Source: an uncultured Candidatus Saccharibacteria bacterium (GTDB lineage: Bacteria; Patescibacteriota; Saccharimonadia; UBA4664; CAZOQX01). From it: a DNA stretch of 64,000 nt. Below are positions 18,547 to 28,637 of the stretch, piece after piece (the first letter of the stretch is position 1; each line of letters begins with the position of its first letter). The position numbers and the translations under genes are program-made. The notes under the pieces are model-generated. The model was not told the origin of the DNA. It saw nothing but the letters and a program-made list of their open reading frames with translations, and did no database searches. The stretch spans positions 1,115 to 65,114 of the forward strand of contig CAZOQX010000003.1 in assembly GCA_964582465.1 (NCBI GenBank), given 5' to 3'.

Positions 18547-18564
18547 TGGTGAGGTGGTTTTGGT

Positions 18565-18966
18565 CTACTGGCTAATCGGACCGAGGCCTTGCAGCAAATG
18601 CTGGCGTACCTGTAGATGCTGATCAAATTGGCTCAGCCGCTCCTTGATCTGGCTATCGCTTAGGCCCTTGCCCCTAAGCTTAGATGTCAGATCATCTCGA
18701 AGCTTCTGGTGGAATTGATCAAGCGTCATTCCATGCTCCTGCACAATTTGCTGAAGAGTTTTGGTCTTCAGCTCACTCCGCAGGTCAGCTGGCTTCACGC
18801 CTAGCACACTGGCTACTCCATCAAGCGGATGCCGATGCATTTGCCGCATCGAAGTCATCCCAGGATGTGCAGGCCGGTTTGAGCTCGCGAAAGAGCTCGC
18901 TCCCACCATAGCCGCAGCTCCAACTAAGATCCCGCCGGCCATTAAAGCAATTTTTTGTTTAACCAC
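18565..18966 (-). CDS. Hypothetical secreted protein (133 aa)
   Basis: N-terminal hydrophobic signal (ALMAGGILVGAAAMVGASSFA) followed by a hydrophilic helical body. I recognise no motif. Confidence 0.45.
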   Translation of the reverse strand: MVKQKIALMAGGILVGAAAMVGASSFASSNRPAHPGMTSMRQMHRHPLDGVASVLGVKPADLRSELKTKTLQQIVQEHGMTLDQFHQKLRDDLTSKLRGKGLSDSQIKERLSQFDQHLQVRQHLLQGLGPISQ

Positions 18967-19029
18967 GGTTCCCCTTTAATTAACTTCCCTATTAAAACAC
19001 TGTCGGCTGAGAAATCGCTTAACACAGAG

Positions 19030-19057
19030 GTAGCCTGGAGCGTTTGCTCCAGGCTAC
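19030..19057. terminator. Perfect 12-bp stem-loop, a likely terminator for the gene at 19076-19471
   Basis: gtagcctggagc-gttt-gctccaggctac, located 19 nt downstream of the minus-strand stop. Confidence 0.45.
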
Positions 19058-19075
19058 CAGTCGATCGACGCCGCC

Positions 19076-19471
19076 CTACTTGGAAACCGCACAGGCCTGA
19101 GCGAAGGAGGCGTGGTAGCCTTTCTTCGCCGCGAGGTGGGACGCCCAAGGGTACATGTCGCCAGACCGGCGAGTCAGCAGGACGTTGTAGTCCTCCTGGG
19201 CGCCTGCCGGGTCGGTGACGAAGTACACATAGGCCCGAACCGGCCGGTAGCTGCTAGACACGGGCCAGGTCAAGCGTTGCCGCCCATCCCTCCACCCGAT
19301 CTGGATTTTGACCGGACCAGTGAACTTGTAGCGATACGGCCGGTGCTGCCGTGTGGGCTTCGCGATACCATGAATCTGGTTACCACGACAGACCTTGCCG
19401 CTCGCCTGAGCAGGCAAAGCGCCCATCGCCACGACGGACACAATCACTGCCAACCAAATGAAACGCCGCAT
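19076..19471 (-). CDS. Hypothetical secreted protein (131 aa) in a high-GC islet
   Basis: Signal peptide MRRFIWLAVIVSVVAMGALPAQASG. The local G+C is visibly higher than the flanks. No recognisable domain. Confidence 0.5.
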   Translation of the reverse strand: MRRFIWLAVIVSVVAMGALPAQASGKVCRGNQIHGIAKPTRQHRPYRYKFTGPVKIQIGWRDGRQRLTWPVSSSYRPVRAYVYFVTDPAGAQEDYNVLLTRRSGDMYPWASHLAAKKGYHASFAQACAVSK

Positions 19472-19564
19472 TCGACGGCTCCTCTCGGTGGGATTGTCAA
19501 TACTTAACCATGATGTGTGCGTGCTGTCAATGACAGTAGCTCCGGCTCTGTTAAAATTACTGCT

Positions 19565-20635
19565 ATGAGTTTAAAAATCGGCATCGTGGGTTTACCAAAC
19601 GTTGGCAAGTCTACCCTCTTCAATGCCCTAACTAAAAACAACGTCCTTGCGGCCAATTACCCATTTGCGACCATTGAACCGAACGTTGGCATTGTGGCGT
19701 TGCCCGACAAACGTCTGGATGAACTCGCAATGCTTTTTCATCCAGAAAAGATCACCCCGGCCACAGTTACCTTCGTAGACATCGCCGGGCTCGTCGCCGG
19801 TGCCCACAAGGGGGAAGGGTTGGGGAATCAATTCTTGGCACACATCCGCGAAACTGATGCGATTTGCCAAGTTGTGCGGGCGTTCAAGGACCCCAACGTC
19901 ACTCATGTCGACGGCCAGGTTGAACCAAAACGCGATATCGAAACCATTCGTACCGAACTTGCCCTAGCCGACCTCGAGCAGCTTGAGCGTCGAGAAGGAA
20001 AATTGACCTCGGAGGCAAAATCGAGCCACGAAGCCGCCGCAGCACTAGAAGCGGTGCAAAAAGCCAAGCAAGCGCTAGATCAAAAACAATTCTTGGAGTC
20101 GAAGCTTGTCGAGAAATTACCTCCGGACCTTAACCTGCTCACGGCTAAACCGTTCATTTACGCCTTTAATCTAGACGAGGCCGACCTAGGCAACCAATCG
20201 TATCAAAAGGAATTGGCGGCTCTTGTTGATCCATCAAAATCGATTTTTTTATCGGCCAAAATCGAGGCCGAGCTAGCAGACTTGCCGCTCACAGAAGCGA
20301 GCAGTCTCTTGCAAGATCTCGGCCAGAGTCAGTCCGGCCTGGATCAGCTCGCACAAGCTGGTTTTGAAATCTTGGGCTTACAAACTTTCCTCACCGCCGG
20401 ACCAAAAGAAGTACGCGCCTGGACGATTCATCAAGGTGATACGGCACCACAAGCCGCCGGCGTCATTCACACTGACTTTCAAAAGGGCTTCATTCGGGCT
20501 GAGGTGGTAAGTTTTTTCGATTTAATCGCCACCGGCTCCGAATCTGCCGCCAAAGCCGCCGGTAAAGTCAGGTCCGAGGGCAAAGATTACGTCATGCAAG
20601 ATGGAGACGTCGTTGAGTTTAGGTTTAACGTTTAA
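19565..20635 (+). CDS. ychF: Ribosome-binding ATPase YchF (Obg-family GTPase)
   Basis: MSLKIGIVGLPNVGKSTLFNALT... is the P-loop, and it has a C-terminal TGS domain. The start is the second Met of the track ORF. Confidence 0.85.
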   Translation: MSLKIGIVGLPNVGKSTLFNALTKNNVLAANYPFATIEPNVGIVALPDKRLDELAMLFHPEKITPATVTFVDIAGLVAGAHKGEGLGNQFLAHIRETDAICQVVRAFKDPNVTHVDGQVEPKRDIETIRTELALADLEQLERREGKLTSEAKSSHEAAAALEAVQKAKQALDQKQFLESKLVEKLPPDLNLLTAKPFIYAFNLDEADLGNQSYQKELAALVDPSKSIFLSAKIEAELADLPLTEASSLLQDLGQSQSGLDQLAQAGFEILGLQTFLTAGPKEVRAWTIHQGDTAPQAAGVIHTDFQKGFIRAEVVSFFDLIATGSESAAKAAGKVRSEGKDYVMQDGDVVEFRFNV

Positions 20636-21347
20636 TCAACACAAAGAAGCGCTCTACGTTGCCCTTGGTACCGGCAATCTTAGAATCAGCCTCTGCTTTG
20701 ATCTCATATTGATCACTTAATTGTTCACGAAATCGCTGCAATATCTGGATGCGCAAATTATCGTCTTTGATGACACCCCGCGCCCGATTAGCCTCACGCC
20801 TGGTCGCCTCAAATTGCGGTTTGGCAAGCACAACGATTGGCCCGCCCGGTTTAATCAAGGCGGCCATGCTACTGAGTATTTGTCCCAGCGCTATAAAAGA
20901 AACATCTGCCAGTGCCACATCGGGTATCACGGGCAAGCTGGTGACCTGCCTGATATCAGTTCGCTCCATCACTGTGACGCGGGGGTCATTGCGCAATGCA
21001 TAAGCCAGTTGACCATGTCCGACATCAACCGCAATAACCTCAGTCGCGCCGTGCTTAAGAGCAAAGTCAGTAAAACCACCTGTGGAAGCACCGACATCCA
21101 GAACCACCTTGTCCTCTACATTTAGACCAAGTTCGCCAAAGACAGAGGCCAGCTTATCCCCTCCCCGTGAGACATACTTCGGCATCGGCTTTAGGTCGAT
21201 ATCTGCATTTGAATCAACTGCAAGACCAGGTTTCGCGAGCCTACGCCCGCGTGAAAAAACCTCTCCCGCCATGATCATGGCTTGAGCCGCACGCAAATCC
21301 TGAGCCAGGCCTCGTCTGACAAGAAGTGAGTCCAGGCGCTCCTTCAT
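20625..21347 (-). CDS. tlyA: TlyA-family rRNA 2'-O-methyltransferase (S4 domain plus FtsJ-like MTase)
   Basis: RLDSLLVRRGLAQDLRAAQAMIMAGEV is the S4 domain. VLDVGASTGGFTDFALKHGA is the SAM-binding motif. Confidence 0.8.
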   Translation of the reverse strand: MKERLDSLLVRRGLAQDLRAAQAMIMAGEVFSRGRRLAKPGLAVDSNADIDLKPMPKYVSRGGDKLASVFGELGLNVEDKVVLDVGASTGGFTDFALKHGATEVIAVDVGHGQLAYALRNDPRVTVMERTDIRQVTSLPVIPDVALADVSFIALGQILSSMAALIKPGGPIVVLAKPQFEATRREANRARGVIKDDNLRIQILQRFREQLSDQYEIKAEADSKIAGTKGNVERFFVLIKR

Positions 21348-21910
21348 TTGGCTCGTTCGAGGTATTGACCAGTGCGAGTATCAACTTTAATACTGTCACC
21401 AACTTGGATAAAGAGGGGCACCTGGGTTTTTAGCCCGGTTTCAAGGGTGCACGCCTTAAGCGCGGCCGTAACTGTATCGCCGCGGGCACCGGGCTCACAC
21501 TCTGTGACTTTCATGTAGACGGTGTTGGGCAAGTCGATCCCTACCACCCGATCCTGAAATTTGAGAAGCGTTACGGTTGCACCGTCAGCCAAATAATTTA
21601 CCTGCTCTCCCAGCTTGGATGCATCAATTGCCTCTTGTTCAAAGCTGGTTTGGTCCATGAAGTAATACTGATTCCCCTCGCGGTAGAGGTATTGTAGGGC
21701 GGCCCGCTCGAGTTCGGCCGATTGGATTTTATCGGCCGCGCGGAAGGTCTTCTCCACCAGTGCCCCGGTCAGTAAGTTTTTAACCTTAACCCGCGCTACG
21801 GCACCGCCGCGGCCCATAGCCGCATGGGAATAATCCACCACGCGGTAAAGCTCACCGTCGAGCTCGATGAGAGTATCTTTGCGTAAATCCGTGTGACCAA
21901 GCATTGCCAT
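21344..21910 (-). CDS. efp: Elongation factor P
   Basis: 188 aa with ...RGGAVARVKVKNLLTGALVEKTFRA..., the KOW-like domain I including the conserved K, and OB domains II/III. Confidence 0.85.
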   Translation of the reverse strand: MAMLGHTDLRKDTLIELDGELYRVVDYSHAAMGRGGAVARVKVKNLLTGALVEKTFRAADKIQSAELERAALQYLYREGNQYYFMDQTSFEQEAIDASKLGEQVNYLADGATVTLLKFQDRVVGIDLPNTVYMKVTECEPGARGDTVTAALKACTLETGLKTQVPLFIQVGDSIKVDTRTGQYLERAK

Positions 21911-21919
21911 AATTTTCTC

Positions 21920-22138
21920 CTAGCGCACTACAAAGGGCAAAAGCGACAGATGACGAGCTCGCTTCAGAGCCAAGCTTAGGCGGCGCTGGTGCTTGGCGCA
22001 AGTACCGGTGCGTTTGCGCGATTCGATTTTGCCATAGCTCGACAGGTAACGTTGCAACATTTTCACGTCCTTGTAGTCGATGTCATCAATCTGATCGACG
22101 CAAAACCGGCAAACTTTTTTGGAATAGAATTGGTTCAT
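21920..22138 (-). CDS. rpsR: 30S ribosomal protein S18
   Basis: ...[60 protein letters not shown]. Confidence 0.85.
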   Translation of the reverse strand: MNQFYSKKVCRFCVDQIDDIDYKDVKMLQRYLSSYGKIESRKRTGTCAKHQRRLSLALKRARHLSLLPFVVR

Positions 22139-22147
22139 TTGGGTCTC

Positions 22148-22594
22148 CTAAAACGGAATATCGTCTAAGTTAACTGCTTCATCAGGAACGTCTTCAATCA
22201 CTACGTCATCGCTTTGAGCGGCAGCAGGTGCGGGACGACTCGGCGCCTCACCAGAAGCATCTCCAGCGCGATCCAAGAAGCTGATATCGTTTGCAACTAT
22301 CTCGGTCCGGCGCTGTTTGACGCCGTCTTTTTCCCAAGTCCTGGTTTGCAAACGACCCACCACCATTACCTTACGGCCTTTTGATAAGTACTGGCTGGCC
22401 AGTTCAGCAAGCTTGCCCCAGGCCACAATCTCATGAAATTCCACGGCTTCCTGGCGCTCACCATTTTGATCCTGCCACATTCGGTTGGTCGCAACTGCAA
22501 ATGATGCCACGTTCTGGCCGTTCGGTGTAGTCCTAAGCTCGGGGTCGCGCGTTAAATTACCCAGCACGATCGCTTGATTAAAACTTCTAGCCAC
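22148..22594 (-). CDS. ssb: Single-stranded DNA-binding protein
   Basis: OB fold (NQAIVLGNLTRDPELRTTPNGQNVASFAVATN...) and the acidic tail ...DDIPF. Confidence 0.85.
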   Translation of the reverse strand: MARSFNQAIVLGNLTRDPELRTTPNGQNVASFAVATNRMWQDQNGERQEAVEFHEIVAWGKLAELASQYLSKGRKVMVVGRLQTRTWEKDGVKQRRTEIVANDISFLDRAGDASGEAPSRPAPAAAQSDDVVIEDVPDEAVNLDDIPF

Positions 22595-22958
22595 TTACTT
22601 CCTCACTTTCTGCGAGAGGGGCGGCTTCTTTGGCCGCGGCCTTCGCCTTTATCTTAGCTTCCTTTTGGGGACGCGGTTCCGGGCGGCGGACCAGCAGATG
22701 TCGCATAACCTCGTCTGTAATCAGTAGATTGGATTCCAGGCCCCTGACTTTCGCTCCATCCATTAATACTTCAAAAAGTACATAAACACCGAATTCTTGA
22801 TGTTTAACTTTATAAGCCAGGCGGCGCTTGCCCCAATTATCGCGCTTCACCACCTTTCCCCCGGTCGATTCAATCAATTTCTCGATCTTCGCAATCGGGG
22901 TATCAATATCTATTTCTAGATCTGGGTGGAAAACCACTACCAGTTCATATGGTCGCAT
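22587..22958 (-). CDS. rpsF: 30S ribosomal protein S6
   Basis: MRPYELVVVFHPDLEID...GKRRLAYKV... It is in the rpsF-ssb-rpsR arrangement. Confidence 0.85.
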   Translation of the reverse strand: MRPYELVVVFHPDLEIDIDTPIAKIEKLIESTGGKVVKRDNWGKRRLAYKVKHQEFGVYVLFEVLMDGAKVRGLESNLLITDEVMRHLLVRRPEPRPQKEAKIKAKAAAKEAAPLAESEEVSG

Positions 22959-23098
22959 GTTGCTCCTTTCTGCGGAAATCCTTTGCGGATTGCGGTCTGC
23001 TGACTAGCAGAGCGCCAAAAGGCATGTTAGTTGCTTTCGACGTCTAATCATAGCCGCTTCAGATCGCCAGGTCAAGCTTACCTGTTACAATTGGGCTA

Positions 23099-23617
23099 AT
23101 GTATATCTTGGCCAGTCAGTTTAAAGGTCTTGCCGTAATTAGTCTGCAACATGGTCCGCTCGGCCATGTCACCAGACCCCTGATTGACCTAGGCCGGCTG
23201 TCGCTCATGGCCTTTTTGTGTGAGGTGCCGGAAGAAGGTGAACGCGTTTTGCTTGTTAGAGACGTCCGCCAGGTTAAAGCGAAGGAAATTGTAATCGAGT
23301 CGGCTGACGATCTAAGCCCGCCCGCTGACATCGTGCGCCTCCAGGGCTTACTTTCCAGACGTACTGATCTAGTCAAGCTGCCCGTGGTCAACGAATCCGG
23401 GCTAAAACTCGGAAGGGTCGAAGACTTTACGGTTAGCCCGCCCGATTTCATTGTGCAAAAATTGCACATTAGGCAAACCCCACTCAAGAACCTCCTCATG
23501 AATCGCCTGGTTGTAGATCGCAGCCAAATCATCGAGGTAACACCGAAGAAAATCGTCATCCAAGATGCTACCGTTAAAGGTGCCCTCTTTGCGCCGGGAT
23601 CAGTCGCCCCAGAGTAA
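23099..23617 (+). CDS. PRC-barrel domain protein (two tandem PRC-like repeats)
   Basis: 172 aa with repeated ...VISLQHGPLGHVTRPLIDL... and ...VVNESGLKLGRVEDFTV... beta-barrel-like segments. Confidence 0.45.
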   Translation: MYILASQFKGLAVISLQHGPLGHVTRPLIDLGRLSLMAFLCEVPEEGERVLLVRDVRQVKAKEIVIESADDLSPPADIVRLQGLLSRRTDLVKLPVVNESGLKLGRVEDFTVSPPDFIVQKLHIRQTPLKNLLMNRLVVDRSQIIEVTPKKIVIQDATVKGALFAPGSVAPE

Positions 23618-23677
23618 ACCGCCCTTGCTTCCGCATGCCGCTTACGCTAAGATGGGAAAAGCAAAAGGAGTTTAACT

Positions 23678-23752
23678 GTGGCAATTGTGGTTGTACTGTG
23701 GGGACTGGCCTTCGCTCTAGCTTACCGGCTAATCGTAGCTAACCGCGCCTAA
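23678..23752 (+). CDS. Candidate 24-aa hydrophobic micro-protein (VAIVVVLWGLAFALAYRLIVANRA)
   Basis: GTG start preceded by AAAGGAG at a 7-nt spacing. The peptide is a single predicted TM helix. It is too short for the ORF track. Confidence 0.2.
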   Translation: MAIVVVLWGLAFALAYRLIVANRA

Positions 23753-23765
23753 AATCTAGTCCGCT

Positions 23766-24371
23766 TTAGTTGTCCTTCGTAAACCGATCGACAACTTTTT
23801 TGATACTTTCGTAAGTAAACCCTTTGCGCCCCAAGTGCGCCATTAGCTTTTGACGATCGGGGTACTTGACCATCAGTTTTTGGCGCTCAACTAGATCTGC
23901 CAAGACTTCTTCCTCATCATGTCCCCCCAGCGCCTCTTCAATCTCGTCAGTTCCCAGGCCTTTTTGGCGCAATTCCTGCACAAGCTGTAAACGCGAGCGT
24001 GGGCGCAGCAGACGGCGGCTTTCTACCCAGCTTGCAGCAAAATCGCTATCGTTCAGGAGGCTCCGTGCCACCAGCTCACGGACAATGTCGGCTGTTTGCT
24101 CCTTTGAATAGCCCTTTCTCTCGAGGTATTGCAGCACCTCATCTTGACTGCGTGGCCGAATGGCAAGATACGATAGCGCCTTTTCCAAAGCCTTGTTCTT
24201 TTCGGCCGCTGACTTAAAGCGTTCAAGTTCCTCAGCGCCAACTTCACTCCCCTCACGCAGACCACTGTCCGCCAGAAACAAAGCGGAGCAAGCAAACGAG
24301 TATTTACCGTCCACGAAGATTGAATAGCGTTCGCGGGCCGCTTGCTTCTTGATCTTGGTAATTTGCGGCAT
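23766..24371 (-). CDS. recX: RecA regulator RecX
   Basis: 201-aa helical-repeat protein immediately downstream of recA. The ...ALSYLAIRPRSQDEVLQYLERKGYS... repeats are typical of RecX. Confidence 0.75.
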   Translation of the reverse strand: MPQITKIKKQAARERYSIFVDGKYSFACSALFLADSGLREGSEVGAEELERFKSAAEKNKALEKALSYLAIRPRSQDEVLQYLERKGYSKEQTADIVRELVARSLLNDSDFAASWVESRRLLRPRSRLQLVQELRQKGLGTDEIEEALGGHDEEEVLADLVERQKLMVKYPDRQKLMAHLGRKGFTYESIKKVVDRFTKDN

Positions 24372-24373
24372 TA

Positions 24374-25402
24374 CTAAGTAGTTTGGGCTTTTTTGCGTAC
24401 GGCGCCTGCAAGTTCTTCCAGGATCTTGGGATTATCCTTCAGATATTGCTTGGCCGCCTCGCGTCCTTGGGCGATCTTCTCTTCTTTGTACTCGTACCAA
24501 GCGCCTGTTTTTTGCACTAACTCGTGCTTAACCGCCAGATCGAGCACATCACCAGCGCGCGAGATGCCCTCGTTAAACATAATGTCGAACTCGGCCACCT
24601 TGAAAGGCGGTGCGACCTTATTTTTAACTACCTTGACCTTTACGTGATTCCCTACTGGCGTATCAGCGTCCTTAATTTGCTCGGTACGGCGGATGTCCAA
24701 ACGCACCGAAGCATAGAATTTCAAAGCGTTACCGCCGGGCGTAGTTTCCGGATTGCCGAACATAACGCCGATCTTCATGCGCAGCTGGTTGATGAAAATG
24801 ACAGTAGTTTTGGACTTGCTGATGACTCCAGTGAGTTTGCGTAAAGCTTGAGACATTAGCCGCGCCTGCAGACCCACGTGCGCATCGCCCATGTCGCCCT
24901 CAATTTCAGCCCGGGGCACCAAGGCTGCGACAGAATCAATAATCACGACATCAACAGCGTTTGAGCGCACCAAAGTTTCGGCGATTTCTAAAGCCTGCTC
25001 GCCTGTATCGGGCTGCGAGATTAGCAGATCGTCGAGATTAACCCCAATTCTTTTAGCGTACTCGGGATCCAGAGCGTGCTCTGCATCCACAAAAGCCGCC
25101 ATGCCGCCCGATTTCTGGGTGCTTGCTACCACATGCAGCGCCAGCGTGGTTTTTCCGCTCGATTCCGGCCCATAAATTTCGATAATTCGGCCCTTCGGTA
25201 TACCTCCACCGAGAGCGAGATCCAGCGACAAACTACCCGTAGGAATAGTTTCGACATCAATTTTGTGCGACTCGCCCAGGCGCATAATAGCGCCCTTACC
25301 AAATTGCTTTTCGATTTGCTCGACCGCAAGACCAATCGCTTGCATGCGCGAGGATCTATCGCCCTTTTGTTCCACGATTTTCTCCGCTACTGCTGTTGCC
25401 AT
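24374..25402 (-). CDS. recA: Recombinase RecA
   Basis: ...[38 protein letters not shown]... Confidence 0.95.
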   Translation of the reverse strand: MATAVAEKIVEQKGDRSSRMQAIGLAVEQIEKQFGKGAIMRLGESHKIDVETIPTGSLSLDLALGGGIPKGRIIEIYGPESSGKTTLALHVVASTQKSGGMAAFVDAEHALDPEYAKRIGVNLDDLLISQPDTGEQALEIAETLVRSNAVDVVIIDSVAALVPRAEIEGDMGDAHVGLQARLMSQALRKLTGVISKSKTTVIFINQLRMKIGVMFGNPETTPGGNALKFYASVRLDIRRTEQIKDADTPVGNHVKVKVVKNKVAPPFKVAEFDIMFNEGISRAGDVLDLAVKHELVQKTGAWYEYKEEKIAQGREAAKQYLKDNPKILEELAGAVRKKAQTT

Positions 25403-25468
25403 TTTACCTACCTTTACCTTTATTTTCTAGATAAAATGACTATACCCGAACAAAACCCGAATTGTCAA

Positions 25469-26155
25469 CTACGGCTTTGGTCTGACAGGAGTGGAGGGTA
25501 AGTGCACCAGCAGGCTGCGACTCACCACAGTGCTCTTACCGAGCTTACTTTTGGCCGTAAACTTAATAGTGTTTAGGCCATCTTGCAGCGTCAGTTGGTC
25601 ACTAAAATGGCCGCCAGCATCGGAGATTACTGCTACCCCATTAATGAATAGGTCCGCCCCAGGCTCGACTTTGCCGGAGGTTTGAATAGTGGAAGCTGTA
25701 ACCACTTGGTTATCCTTGGGACTATCCACCCGAAGCTTCGGGGCGCCGGCGAGTGTACTCACCTGCCACAAGAGGTAGGCTAGGACAGCAACAATGGCCA
25801 GACCAATTCCCAAGATCACCAGGATTTTGGGTGTAAAAATGAAGCGACGCTTTAACGGCCGGCGGCGGGCGCTCGATTTGGCCGCCAGCTGGCCGCGCTG
25901 GGCATCATATAAAGCCATGACTTCTCCTCCATTCAGCCCGAGAAACTCGCCGTAGCGGCGCACAAAACCACGCACGTAGACGTCATTGGGTAAATCGCTA
26001 TAATCATCAGCCTCGAAGCGAGTTAAATAACGGCCGCGAATTTTAGTCACAACTTCCACCTCGCTTAGCTTGATACCAGAGCGCTGCCGCTGCTGTTTTA
26101 GCAGAGCCCCTAGTTTGGTTTCAGGTGTAGAATTATTCCTCGTAGCCGGCGCCAT
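25469..26155 (-). CDS. rodZ: RodZ-like cytoskeleton protein (XRE-type HTH, TM helix, C-terminal domain)
   Basis: LGALLKQQRQRSGIKLSEVEVVTKIRGRYLTRFE...YVRGFVRRYGEFLGL is the HTH. ILVILGIGLAIVAVLAYLLW is the TM helix. Confidence 0.5.
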   Translation of the reverse strand: MAPATRNNSTPETKLGALLKQQRQRSGIKLSEVEVVTKIRGRYLTRFEADDYSDLPNDVYVRGFVRRYGEFLGLNGGEVMALYDAQRGQLAAKSSARRRPLKRRFIFTPKILVILGIGLAIVAVLAYLLWQVSTLAGAPKLRVDSPKDNQVVTASTIQTSGKVEPGADLFINGVAVISDAGGHFSDQLTLQDGLNTIKFTAKSKLGKSTVVSRSLLVHLPSTPVRPKP

Positions 26156-28229
26156 CGCTTGGCTCAGAAATGCTACTTACCAGAATCTCACGCGGCCTGG
26201 CGCCATCGGCCGGGCCAACGATGCCGCGTTCTTCCATTAAATCGATCAACCGAGCCGCCCGCGCATAGCCAATTCTAAGTCGCCGTTGGAGGAGCGAGGC
26301 TGAGGCCTTACCGGAGCGAATCACCATATCGGCTGCCTCCTTAAACAAATCATCATCCACGCCGTCCATACCACCCTCGTAGCCACCACGACCACCGCCG
26401 AGGCGCACCGGCTGAGCCAAAACTTCATCGTTATACTGCGGGGCTCGGGCTTGGCGGAGATAGTCCGTCACTCCCTTAACTTCCTTCTCACTCACGAATG
26501 AGCCCTGCATACGCCTGGGTTTAATGAGCTCGGGACTCAAGAACAGCATGTCACCTTTTCCAACCAGTTTTTCGGCCCCACCCTGGTCAATGATCGTGCG
26601 CGAATCAACTTGGGAGGCGACGGTAAAGGCGATGCGCGCCGGCACATTAGCCTTGATCAAACCCGTAATGACGTTAACACTCGGCCGCTGCGTAGCAAGT
26701 ACCAGGTGAATTCCCGTGGCGCGCGCCAGTTGAGCCAGCCGCACAACCAGCGCTTCCACATCGGATGCTGCTAAACTCATCAGGTCGGCCAACTCATCGA
26801 TCACGATCACGATATAGGGCATCCCCTCTTCTTTGCTCGAAGCGTTATACTCAGCAATGTTACGCTTGCCGCGCTCAGCAAAGAGTTTGAGGCGTCGCTC
26901 CATTTCCGCAACCGCCCACTTGAGCGCCGAAATACACTTCTCCGGCTCCACAATTACCGGGGTCAGCAGGTGCGGCACATCATTATATAAACTGAGCTCC
27001 ACCCGCTTGGGGTCGACCAGGATTAGTTTGAGATCAGCTGGCGAATTGCGATAAAGCAGGCTTAAAAGCAAAGTATTAATCATGACACTTTTACCAGATC
27101 CGGTAGCACCGGCGATCAAAAGATGGGGCATTTTGGCGAGATCAGCCACCTCGGGCGTGCCCGCGACATCGCGCCCGAGGACAAAGCTCAGAGGCGACTT
27201 AGCATCTTTGACCTCCGGCGAGGTCAGAATGTCCTTGAGCCGGACGGTCGCACCAATCTTATGCGGCACCTCAATACCTACCAGGCTCTTACCCGGGATG
27301 GGTGCTTCGACGCGCAAAGGGTGAGCCGCCAGGGCCAAACTCAAGTTATGCTGTAATTCGGTGATTTTGTTGAGCTTCACACCGCTTTCCGGCTTTAAGG
27401 TGTACTGCGTTACGGTCGGGCCCACGTTTACCTCCCCCATCGCAACTTCTATACCGAAGCTCGCGAGGGTTTGCTGAATTGTGCTAGCATTTTCCTTAAT
27501 ATTCCCGGCATCGGCCTGACCCTTAGTTTCTTCCAGCAGATCCAGGCTGGGTGGCTGCCAGTCAGGATCAACCCCGGCGGTCAGAGCTTCGAAGTCCTTC
27601 TCGCTCTTTTCCCCTCGAGCGTTCAGGGTGCCGCGAATCGGCAACTTATTATTTACGACCAGCCCCGCCGGCTCATTAATTTGCAAGTCGGCCTGGCGTC
27701 GGTTCTTGAATAATTCAACAATTTTCTTGATCAAATCGCTCAACTTGGCATTAAAGGCAACTACCAGCGCAATTAGCATGAATGCAACCAGCAACGCCGA
27801 GGAAGCTGCCACATTAAACATCTTTAATAAGAGGAAGCTCAGCCCATAACCAATCAGGCCTCCGCCCCCGCCTTGACTTGCTACATGAGCCGCTTGAGCG
27901 GGATCGGCGCCGATATGGAGCAGGCCGGCCACGGTAATGACGAAGAGGAGAAAGCCGACGTATATATTTACGCGTGATTCGAACTTTTCCGGCAAAAATA
28001 ACATCCAGGCCACTAGTCCCAAGATAATCGGAAGTAAAAAGGCCTCGAGACCGATTAACAGCCTAAACCCGTGAAAAACTCCGCCGGGCAAAAAACCGCC
28101 GACATTAAAGATAGCAAGCAGTAGAATGATCGCGAGCACTGCAAGCAAAATCGCGACAATTTCTTGAACAATGTTGGCATCCAAGCTGGGCTTAAGCTTG
28201 GAAACTTTGGCTTTGCGGCGTCTGGCCAT
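26133..28229 (-). CDS. ftsK: DNA translocase FtsK/SpoIIIE
   Basis: Four N-terminal TM helices, the motor domain ...HLLIAGATGSGKSVMINTLLLSLLY... and a C-terminal gamma winged helix. Confidence 0.9.
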   Translation of the reverse strand: MARRRKAKVSKLKPSLDANIVQEIVAILLAVLAIILLLAIFNVGGFLPGGVFHGFRLLIGLEAFLLPIILGLVAWMLFLPEKFESRVNIYVGFLLFVITVAGLLHIGADPAQAAHVASQGGGGGLIGYGLSFLLLKMFNVAASSALLVAFMLIALVVAFNAKLSDLIKKIVELFKNRRQADLQINEPAGLVVNNKLPIRGTLNARGEKSEKDFEALTAGVDPDWQPPSLDLLEETKGQADAGNIKENASTIQQTLASFGIEVAMGEVNVGPTVTQYTLKPESGVKLNKITELQHNLSLALAAHPLRVEAPIPGKSLVGIEVPHKIGATVRLKDILTSPEVKDAKSPLSFVLGRDVAGTPEVADLAKMPHLLIAGATGSGKSVMINTLLLSLLYRNSPADLKLILVDPKRVELSLYNDVPHLLTPVIVEPEKCISALKWAVAEMERRLKLFAERGKRNIAEYNASSKEEGMPYIVIVIDELADLMSLAASDVEALVVRLAQLARATGIHLVLATQRPSVNVITGLIKANVPARIAFTVASQVDSRTIIDQGGAEKLVGKGDMLFLSPELIKPRRMQGSFVSEKEVKGVTDYLRQARAPQYNDEVLAQPVRLGGGRGGYEGGMDGVDDDLFKEAADMVIRSGKASASLLQRRLRIGYARAARLIDLMEERGIVGPADGARPREILVSSISEPSDGAGYEE

Positions 28230-28298
28230 ATGCCTAAATTATACCGCTAATGGATAAGGTTGACCAGATATGATGAAGCTGCGGCCGCTTCTTGAACG

Positions 28299-28508
28299 CT
28301 AGTTGTCTTTTTCTTCATCTTCGTCTGCGAAGTTCTGCAAAAAACGATTGAAATTCGAAATATAACCCTTGTCTGATCCTAGTAGAGTCAAAAGGTCATC
28401 GTTATTCTGGTCGGTAGGCTCCCTGATCTCTGGTTCGTTTTGATCAGGCTCTTCGTCAACTGATGCCACTGGCGCAAAACTCCCTACTATTAAATACTCA
28501 CAAGACAA
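28299..28508 (-). CDS. Hypothetical small acidic protein (69 aa)
   Basis: The ORF fills the gap between rnj and ftsK. It is extremely D/E-rich and has no recognisable motif. Confidence 0.25.
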   Translation of the reverse strand: MSCEYLIVGSFAPVASVDEEPDQNEPEIREPTDQNNDDLLTLLGSDKGYISNFNRFLQNFADEDEEKDN

Positions 28509-28637
28509 GACTGCATTATACCGCTAGCCTTATTAGATGGAGTCAGTCAAAGACATGAAAACTGCTCGCGAAATCATCAGGCTTTTTTGCAACTTATACA
28601 ATTGCTTACTTGGCTGGGATCTGCTTGTTCGACTAAA

